A stretch of 64,000 nucleotides of DNA from Hormiphora californensis (Eukaryota > Animalia > Ctenophora), in contig CM035355.1 in the NCBI GenBank assembly GCA_020137815.1, forward strand, positions 7,688,001 to 7,752,000. Direction: 5' to 3'. Positions within the stretch are counted from its first letter, which is position 1, and every line of letters begins with the position of its first letter. The notes under the pieces are model-generated. The model was not told the origin of the DNA. It was given only the letters and a program-made list of their open reading frames with translations, and ran no database searches. Shown here in pieces: positions 55,050 to 64,000 of the stretch. Both the position numbers and the translations under genes were made by a program.

Positions 55050-56213
55050 TAACATCTTACAGAGTTGCAGATCCATGTTGAGTACCTAGGTACTCCCGGC
55101 CTTGGGTTCTCTCCTGCTTATGAGTATACCCTTTACCGAGCAAACAGATCCGGGTAACACTGGTCGCATATTAGACTAGACAGAGGATGAATCCTCGGTA
55201 CAACTATATCATCTAGGATAACTCTGGCTGGCATAACGAGGCAAAAGCGAGAGAGCGCTATAGGACTCTAGGAGAGTGATATATGTAATTCATAATATAT
55301 GCTGCCGCGGGTACTTATCGGAGCCGAATTTGTAAGAAATGGTAAATCCTTACAAGTTGCTGTCACAATGTGACTCAATATCAAGCTGTCTCTTTTATCA
55401 ATCTCTCTCTAGATCAGTTATCTCAAAAGCGAAAGCTTTTAGGGGCGCTCCTCCGCCCCTAACTTGTTGAGTAAGGGGTGAGAGGGGTGCTCCTCCGCCC
55501 TTACTGAACAATTCCTAACTCTAGAATAGTCAGTAGTGCAATACAGACGCAGAACTGGGGGGCTGTAACTATTCATCCAGCTATTATATCCATCCTGCTC
55601 TAAACAAATACAACACGTTTATAATCTTGTTACGGAGCTGTTACAGGATGGGTGATGGAAAGGAAATGTTATAGCAAAATATTTAGCACTCGGATCTACT
55701 GCATCTCTATTTGTTCATTCGGCCCGGTCCACAAATACACAAACCCTTTTTTCCTGAAACTTGAAGTTGGGATGCGGGGAAGTGACTTGGTCGCACGCGA
55801 ACATGAGGGGCGCGACGTGCCCAAGGAAGTGACGAAGAAAAAGAAAAAAGTTGGGTACCAACTGGACTGGTAAAATGGTTAAGATGAAATTAAGAAAAAG
55901 CTAGATTGTCTACAACATGGTGAGGGGTAAAAAGCGGGCAGGTGTCGGTGATCACGTAGTACACACACACAGTAGAGCTCGAGCTTGTGATCGATTTTCT
56001 CTGATTTCGGCCAGCCCTTGATTTCGCTTTCTCTCTCTATCTCTCTATCTCTCTCTATCTTTCCTTCTCTATCACACTCACTCTTCGTCCGGCAGCACCT
56101 GGCGGCCGGGGATCGAGAGAGATACCGCTAGGTTAACACAACACGTGCTGTGCAAGTGCCGGCCCAATTCCGTGTACGAGACAAGAGACAAATGATCGTA
56201 TAAGAGAGAGAAA

Positions 56214-56295
<82 letters not shown>

Positions 56296-57811
56296 TAGAC
56301 GTTACACGTGCTCTATAATACATCCTTAGCGTACCAAAGGCTTCCTTGATTCCCCGATAACCGATTCTGTATCATTATCAAGATACCCGCCCTAATAATC
56401 TAAAAGTGGGCATCATCTACTAAACACCCCCCTATATATGTGTTCTAAGTCTGCCAATATTTAACTTTTCATCGAAGAGTCTTCATCGAAGAGTTTGTAT
56501 ATAATTGGGACATAAGACATAGACAGTCACAGAAGACACTGAGACACACTTAACACCTGAGAATCACGTGGTGACTGTCACGCGCGATCAAGGTTTTGGT
56601 GAAACTTCCGCGCGCAAATTGTACATTCGTGTATAACAATTGTACACACACAATACAAGGTGCTCCTGCCTGCTATGTTCTGTCTGGCGCCGCGACCCAT
56701 CTGAGAATCAAATGGGGTCTGGCGCCGCCAGACAGGCTATGTTCAAATCTATCACACGGTCCATTCAGTGTGACCGTGTACTGTGGGTACTCAAATATGC
56801 TGGTCAACACACAACACATGTACTCAATGTACTCAGTGTACTCAGTGTACTCAATGTATTCAGTGAACCTAATTGTGTAGGTCAACACACAACACATTAG
56901 TTGTACACATTACGTGAACATTTCAACATTCAAATCGGGTGGCAGACACACGGTTACAATTTACATGTTAGACTTATATTGAGTGATGAGAAAGAGGACG
57001 GACTCGCTATATTTGCTACACGAAAAGTAAACGTAATACTCTGGCAGAATTTAAGGCACACGGTACATTATTCATGCAACACATAGGCTCACCAAATAGT
57101 ACCTGCAGGGGCTAAGGTATATTATTGATGCCTCACCAAATATCTGTCCAGTGAAATAAGCAACCAGTGCTCACTAGTGGCCTATTACAATTACGAGACA
57201 CGGCCACTTCAAACACGCGAGAGGTAAAGGGCTGATTAATAACAATAGAGAGCACCCTGAATTGTTTGTTGAACCGCTGTCTCCATCTCTATCTAGACCT
57301 TGCAGTTGACCCTGTTCAATTGTTTAACCATTCACCATGCACTTGGTACCAACATACCCCAGCTTGGGACAATTACCAAACGCGAGGGTTGGTGGGGTAC
57401 AAAAAGGCTCATTTAAATGGTTTAAAAACAGGCATAATTACACATCAATATCCACTCGAAAACAATATAAATTATTTTGATTAAAGTTCCTCGAAGTTCC
57501 CACATGCGAAGTCAAAAGCAAAGTCCTTCAGGTACCACCTTCATCTCTCTCTGAACTCTCTCTCGCTTCGATCACTCAATTGACAGGTCTTGCATCTATA
57601 ATAGCTGACCACTTTCGTCAAAGAATCTATCTTAAATTCAACTGAATCTGCCATGTACGATTCAGATCATCTACAAATTATATCACAAGTCTCTTCATTA
57701 CAAATCATACATCATCATTGCACACAATTAGAGTCCAACAGAAACGTCCGAAAAGTGGAGTCCTGCTCCTGTCATTTCCGAGGTCTTTCTTCTCTTCAGT
57801 TGTATATCTCA

Positions 57812-60800
57812 TCAGGCTATTTTCCACATGATGACACCGACGATTGCCACAAATAGGAGTAGTATTGTAATCCAGTAACCTGCGAAAAGAGAGAGGGTTA
57901 AATATGGGAAAACAGAGACGGTGAGGGGAGGGGGAAGGGGGAACAGAGTGGATAGTTTGTTGAACATGAAATTAAAGTGAATAAGGTAGGGGAACTTTAG
58001 TTGGCGGAGGAAAAGAAACAGACACAAAAACAATGTAGAACGTCACCACGTTGTTAAAACTTTGTAAAAAATTAAGAACAAGTGTACTATCACCACTTCT
58101 ACCCAAAGTCCAGTCTCTCCCTCACACATTTAGTGACAGGAAGATGCTGTCCAATAGCCCACTCATCAAACAACAGCACATTCCCAAGACCCTCAACCTC
58201 ACTATACCCCGCCTCCCTGACAGTGACCTCCCTAATCGCATAATCCCAGTCTCTCTCGGCGTATATTCGAGTCTCCTGGACCCGATACATGACTTTATCA
58301 ACCCTGAGATACTGTCGGAGTAGAATGAGTAGAAAAGAGGGCATAACCCGACACTTTACAACAAGTTTACTGCAGCCATTATCAGCTAACTCATCCTCAA
58401 ATAGTACCACCTCAGTGTGATATAATATCTGATCACGGCGGAGGAGTTTCTCTTTGTCTGGTTGCTCCTCTGTCTCCCTCACCACCACACCATCCCCAAT
58501 ACTGCCCGTGTAGGCGGTAGTGAAGGTCCAATCAAATGGTTTAACAGTGTTATTAATGTGCTCACTATTCTGTCGAGTTTCCAGCCACTCATTGGCATAA
58601 CTCACTTTCACCCTATCATTGTGGGCATCTACCATCTTTAGCGCATCTAGAGTGTTCAACTTTATCTCCCTCCCGCTCACAGAGTGCCGGAGAATTAACC
58701 AGTTTCTATCAAAGGTCATCTCAGGCAAATCGGGCAGTTCAAGAGATTCTGAATATGTGCAGTGGTTACACTTGATAGTAGCCCCGGTGCATCTGCAAGT
58801 GGTTCGAAGAATGTGGCACTGTTGAGAGGATATCTCCCAGGGACCTAGTTTGGTGGATGTTAAGGTTGGGGGTCTATCTTCTCGACCCGGGAAAACTGTT
58901 CTGGTCATCATGTTTGCACTGTCGGGATCATGGTGTTATAGAGATGGGAAATATATATATATAGAGATCTAGATACACAATACCAACAATGAAGGAGTTC
59001 TGTCAGTCAGTCATTACGTAAACATTGAAACTCAAAACATTTTAGAAGGAATGTATGGTGTTGTGTTATAAATTACAGCCACAATTAAAATACAACTCCT
59101 CATAACACTGGCTCTCTAATTTAGATTGCAGCTAAGTCTTGACATCAACCAGCAGTCTGTGAATGTGCCATTGCACTGCAGTTTGGGAACACAGAGCACA
59201 AACACACACGGTTGAAAATGGAAGCTCAATGTCTCAAAATGAACGCGCGCTGTCACTGCGCGCTAATCTGCGCTCAGTTCCCCAATTCCACCTCCCCGCG
59301 CCCTCCAGTCAGTCCCCCATACCGCTGGTGAGATGTTTGCGGTAGTGTAAAAGTAACCGTTTGTTGGTTGAAAATGAGTCCCCGCACTCCTCACACGTCC
59401 ACACCCGCGACTCAGGGTGATAGCTCTGACAGTGCTGCGACAGGCGGCTCTGCGAGGGGAACATCTTGGTACAATACTGACAAGAAAATTGGGCCTGACT
59501 CTTTTCATGGGTCCGAGAGTGAAGGGTTAGGCTCCACTTGTCTGCCATCGTTTTATCACATTTATCACATTTAAGGGAGCGGGTGTGTTTTAGTTTGTGT
59601 TTGGTTAGCCACCGAGGGGTTGACGTTGAGTAATCGCAGCCCTGTTCAGGACATCTGTATAGCATGTGATTTAGATGAGGCTGGATAGCTGCAGAAGATG
59701 TAGAGGCAGTTTCGGTTAGTTTACCTGACTTCTTTTTGGACGATCGAGCTCTTGGGGTTGAAGAGGGGGCCGTTTCTGTTAATTCACCTACTTTCTTTTT
59801 AGACGATCGAGCTCTAGTGGCTCTTCTTTTAGTGCAAACTGTAGTCACGGTAGTGACTTCAGTAACCATATCTTCAGTAACCATAGTAACCGTATCTCCA
59901 GTAACCGTGGTAGCTGAATCTCCAGTAACTGATGTAACCGCATCTCTAGTAACCGTGGTAACCCCATCGTTAGTAACCGTAGTAACCGCATCCCCAGTAA
60001 CCGTGCTAACCGCATCCCCAGTAACCGTGGTAACCACATCTTCAGTAACCGTAGCAACTGCATCTTTGGTAACCGTGGTAACCGGAACTCCAGTAATCGT
60101 GGTAACCGCATCTCCAGTAACCGTGGTAACCACATCTCCAGTAACCGTGGTAACCGCATCTTCAGTACCCACATCTTCAGTAACCACATCTTCAGTAACC
60201 GTGGTAACCACATCTCCAGTAACCGTGGTAACCACATCTCCAGTAACCGTGGTAACCGCATCTTTAGTAACCGCATCTCCAGTAACCGTGGTATCCACAA
60301 TTTCAGTAACTGATGTAACCACATCTTCAGTAACCGTGGTAGGATCTCCACTCTCATCTACAAACGGATCTTCCCCAAAATCTAACTCTCCCTCCTGGCT
60401 GCAGCTGGAGAAGAGCGCCTTTAACCAACCCCTCACATCGACATCATTCACACACTCGGGCGGTGATGTAAAGACCTCAGTTTTATGATCACCCTTCAGA
60501 TGTCCCTCTAGTGACTCCTGTAACACATATACATGACTGCACAGTGGACACTTGAATCCTCCCTTGTGCTGCGCTAGATGAGATCTGAAGTGCTCCACTG
60601 CTAGGTGATCATAACAATCCTTGTAGATACATTTCAGGTACACGCAATGGCTCTGCCGGTGTTTCTGGATGTCAGAAGCTGTTAGGAAGGTCTCACCACA
60701 CACCGAACACATGAGAAGCAGGCGACACTTCCGCTGGTGAGTCCGGAGGTTTGTGGCGGTGCTGTAACTGTTGTAACACAACTCACACCGGTGAGTTCTT

Positions 60801-61549
60801 GGTCCGTGGGTTCTGAGATGACGTTTCATTTGGGATGGATGATAAAATGAGCGGTTACAGTTCTTGTAGATGCACGTGAACCACTTTAGATTGAGATGCA
60901 CTGTATCAATGTGGTAGGACAACTGGGACGGTTTCAGGTAGGATTTACCACACCCCGGTGCACTGCATTCATACCTAACAGGCCCCTTCTTTCTCCTTCT
61001 CTTCCCCTTCCGATCCTCTCCACCTAACAATGTAGGGGATAACGGAGTGGTATCTACGTCTATAATAGAGGCGGCAGGACTACATAACTCCCAAATATCG
61101 GGAGGTTCCTCACTGCTAGGTACCGTGGAAGTGGTTTGCAGTGGTTGGCAAGGAGCGGAGAGGGTGGTGATGTGCTGAGGAATCACCTCCACTGCAACAC
61201 TATCAGTCATCCTAGAGCTAGAAGGATGGGAGTCGTGTTAGTATAATTAGGGAGGGGATTGTGTAGCTTGTTTGAGGGTGTGTGTCTGGGGAACTGGTGT
61301 CAGGGGATCTGAAAAGATGACCCCTAACATACAAGGGCATTAAAGTGTACTGTCATATCTGTCGGTTGGAACGTAACACATTATTATAAGTACAAGGTAA
61401 TACCCCCGGTAATACAATGTAATTTACAATATAACGGTACATACCACAGAGGTTACCCTCCCGACTGGATACGTGTCCAATGGCTCGATTTTGTCGCTGT
61501 ATTCGGGAATTTGTCGCGTCCGTTTTCTCTTGGATCTCATCTAGCAGCT
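57812..61549 (-). CDS. STX8: Syntaxin-8-like Qc-SNARE, last two exons (61549-61445 and 57879-57812); upstream exons not identified in the window
   Basis: SNARE end 'ELLDEIQEKTDATNSRIQRQNRAIGHVS' and tail anchor 'CGYWITILLLFVAIVGVIMW'; phase-1 junction TGT G|GT TAC matches across a 3.56-kb GT-AG intron. Confidence 0.75.
58099..58911 (-). CDS. TIPRL: TIP41-like protein (PP2A/TOR regulator), intronless, nested in the STX8 intron
   Basis: 'LPEMTF', 'PFDWTFTTAYTG', 'LFEDELADNG', 'RVMP', 'LRVD', 'ETRIY'. Confidence 0.93.
   Translation of the reverse strand: MMTRTVFPGREDRPPTLTSTKLGPWEISSQQCHILRTTCRCTGATIKCNHCTYSESLELPDLPEMTFDRNWLILRHSVSGREIKLNTLDALKMVDAHNDRVKVSYANEWLETRQNSEHINNTVKPFDWTFTTAYTGSIGDGVVVRETEEQPDKEKLLRRDQILYHTEVVLFEDELADNGCSKLVVKCRVMPSFLLILLRQYLRVDKVMYRVQETRIYAERDWDYAIREVTVREAGYSEVEGLGNVLLFDEWAIGQHLPVTKCVRERLDFG
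59309..61210 (-). CDS. C2H2 zinc-finger protein with a central Thr/Val-rich 8-aa repeat, intronless, nested in the STX8 intron
   Basis: About 10 C2H2 fingers in two clusters separated by (TTVTGDAV)n-like repeats. Confidence 0.9.
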   Translation of the reverse strand: MTDSVAVEVIPQHITTLSAPCQPLQTTSTVPSSEEPPDIWELCSPAASIIDVDTTPLSPTLLGGEDRKGKRRRKKGPVRYECSAPGCGKSYLKPSQLSYHIDTVHLNLKWFTCIYKNCNRSFYHPSQMKRHLRTHGPRTHRCELCYNSYSTATNLRTHQRKCRLLLMCSVCGETFLTASDIQKHRQSHCVYLKCIYKDCYDHLAVEHFRSHLAQHKGGFKCPLCSHVYVLQESLEGHLKGDHKTEVFTSPPECVNDVDVRGWLKALFSSCSQEGELDFGEDPFVDESGDPTTVTEDVVTSVTEIVDTTVTGDAVTKDAVTTVTGDVVTTVTGDVVTTVTEDVVTEDVGTEDAVTTVTGDVVTTVTGDAVTTITGVPVTTVTKDAVATVTEDVVTTVTGDAVSTVTGDAVTTVTNDGVTTVTRDAVTSVTGDSATTVTGDTVTMVTEDMVTEVTTVTTVCTKRRATRARSSKKKVGELTETAPSSTPRARSSKKKSGKLTETASTSSAAIQPHLNHMLYRCPEQGCDYSTSTPRWLTKHKLKHTRSLKCDKCDKTMADKWSLTLHSRTHEKSQAQFSCQYCTKMFPSQSRLSQHCQSYHPESRVWTCEECGDSFSTNKRLLLHYRKHLTSGMGD

Positions 61550-61583
61550 CTGAAACAGGGTAGAGTTGTTGGTTACGACGTAG

Positions 61584-61692
61584 CAGGAACCGACCGAAAC
61601 AAGTAAACAACGAATCAGAACTCGTTATTTAGGTCACGTGACTGGTTATCAGCCAATCAGCGACCAGTATTTCCTGATTTGGTCGGTTCCTG
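61584..61692. mobile_element. Third copy of the CAGGAACCGACCGA MITE
   Basis: Both TIRs present; no obvious TSD. Confidence 0.8.
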
Positions 61693-62664
61693 TCGCCCCT
61701 ACTATTGCTTGCGTGAGCGGAGGGGTAATTTCATTACCGAGGAGGGTTGGAAGGTTGGACAAGGAAGAATAATAAACTAAGAAGGGTGATGTACCAGCGT
61801 GACGCGACATTTCCGGTCTAGTGAAAAAAGAAAACAAGCAAATAAGAAGCTAAATACGATGACCACAACTACAACTTACACCGAATCTACCCCCATCCTT
61901 GCAGGTAACAATATTACCCCTCGTAGTAAGGCACGTTTTAGCGTGCCCGCAAGGTAGGGGTAATTACCAACCCCCTGCATTAGGGGGTGCTATTTGGGGG
62001 AAATTTTTTTTGCAACAGATATCCCAAAAGTTAAGACGGATTCTGGTAGAGTAGGCCCTAATTAGCAAGTGTACGAAAGGGGAAGGTCTAGATCTTTGTG
62101 ATCTCTGTGTTCAGGGGGTTTTTGTAGATAAGAAAAAGTTTAGAACTTATCCCCTAAAAACGACTGTTCCCGATATCTTAGAGCTCTAAAACTTTGCAGA
62201 TCGGCTTTATATGATAAAATACAAAGTTGGTAAAAATTTCAGACCTTTAGCTCAAAATTCATTTTCATGACCGGAATGAACTTTGTTCATTCTCTCAATC
62301 AGGAGTCCATTTGACTTCAGAATTTTATTAGAAATGTTTGGCAATCGATTATCTGCAAAATGCGACCAACGAGAGCCAAAACGGACCACCACAAGACACG
62401 CGGTGATCTGATCTCCAAAGTCGGTCAGGAAATTCATAATCCTTGCCAAATATGACCTAGTTTTGCACGGTTGCCGACATCGGATAGGTCTAAAATTTAG
62501 CACAGTGGCTCTAAACAATGTGTAGATGAGATTAGCAAAGTTTCAGGCTTAAAGCTCAAAATTCATTTTTATGACTGGAATGAACTTCGTTCATTCTCTC
62601 AATCAGGAGGTCATTTGACTCCAGAATTTCAATAAATGTGTTTGGCAATCAATAAACTGCCAAA

Positions 62665-64000
62665 TGGGATCGGATCACATTGGAGAATCTGACCCAGCAC
62701 CCGATGGATCAGATCACATTATAGAAATCTGGTCCACCAGCCCATGGATCAGATCACATTATAAGGATCTGGTCCACCACCCATGGATCAGATCACATTT
62801 TAGGGATCTGGTCCACCAAACCATGGATCAGTTCACATAACAGGGATCTTATCCACCAACCCATGGATCAGATCAAATTAAAGGGATCTGATCTACCACC
62901 CATGGATCAGATCACATTATAGATATCTGATCCACCACCCCATGGATCAGATCATATTATAGGGATCTGGTCCACCAACCCATGGATCAGATCACATAAC
63001 AGGGATCTTATCCATCACCCCATGGATCAGATCACATTTTAGGGATCTGGTCCGCCAACCCATGGATCAGATCACATTATAAGGATCTGGTCCACCACCC
63101 ATGGATCAGATCACATTTTAGGGATCTGGTAGATGAGATTAGCAAAGTTTCAGGCTTAAAGCTCAAAATTCATTTTTATGACTGGAATGAACTTTGTTAA
63201 TTCTCTCAATCAGGAGGTCATTTGACTTCAGAATTTCAATAAATGTGTTTGGCAATCAATAAACTGCCAAATGGGATCGGATCACATTGGAGAATCTGAT
63301 CCGGCACCCGATGGATCAGATCACATTATAGAAATCTGGTCCACCACCCATGGATCAGATCACATTTTAGGGATCTGGTCCACCAATCCATGGATCAGAT
63401 CACATAACAGGGTTCTTATCCACCAACCCATGGATCAGATCACATAACAGGTATCTTATCCATCACCCCATGGATCAGATCAAATTAAAGGGAGCTGATC
63501 CACCACCCCATGGATCAGATTTCATTTTAGGGATCTGATCTACCACCCATGGATCAGATCACATAATAGGGATCTTATCCATCACCCCATGGATCAGATC
63601 ACATTTTAGGGATCTAGTCCGCTAACCCATGGATCAGATCACATTATAAGGATCTGGTCCACCACCCATGGATCAGATCACATTATAGGGATCTGATCCA
63701 CTACCCCATGGATCAGATCACATTTTAGCGATCTGGTCCACCAACCCATGGATCAGATCACATAATAAGGATCTTATCCATCACCCCATGGATCAGATCA
63801 CATTTTAGGGATCTGGTCCGCCAACCCATGGATCAGATCACATTATAAGGATCTGGTCCACCACCCATGGATCAGATCACATTATAGGGATCTGATCCAC
63901 TACCCCATGGATCAGATCACATTTTAGGGATCTGGTCCGCCAACCCATGGATCAGATCACATTATAAGGATCTGGTCCACCACCCATGGATCAGATCACA
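62665..64000. repeat. 38-39-bp satellite with higher-order duplication, running off the window end
   Basis: Unit ccatggatcagatcacattttagggatctggtccaccaac; non-satellite block ~62522-62690 repeated at ~63129-63297. Confidence 0.93.

Noticed and set aside
59736-60488. 250-aa antisense and 170-aa alternative-frame ORFs over the zinc-finger gene
   Set aside because: By-products of a stop-poor 24-nt coding repeat.

Overview
Eukaryotic genomic DNA, most likely from a ctenophore. This rests on a 46-nt match at 48521-48566 to the ctenophore spliced-leader (SL) sequence as I recall it, plus a compact, nested gene layout; it was not checked against a database. Genes: GTPBP2 (+), whose intron hosts an antisense SLC22-like transporter, then a run of minus-strand genes: DNAI3/WDR63, UBE2A/RAD6, a TBC-like protein, PES1, a Fat/Dachsous-like cadherin broken by an RTE LINE, a tetraspanin, and syntaxin-8, whose last intron hosts two same-strand intronless genes (TIPRL and a C2H2 zinc-finger gene). 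Most minus-strand genes have a splice-acceptor AG 1-11 nt before the ATG, as expected for SL trans-splicing. Headline candidate: a CRE-clade non-LTR retrotransposon whose genomic 5' end is a complete SL exon fused directly to the element, outside any SL RNA gene. This suggests a promoter-less element that gets its 5' end and cap from host trans-splicing and copies the leader back into DNA. The window also has an RTE element that starts exactly at an HDV-like ribozyme, a minimal hammerhead ribozyme insert upstream of UBE2A, a tRNA-containing tandem element, several MITEs and satellites. Bases ~1-2100 and ~4000-6700 look like uncorrected long-read sequence, so single-base lesions elsewhere need caution.
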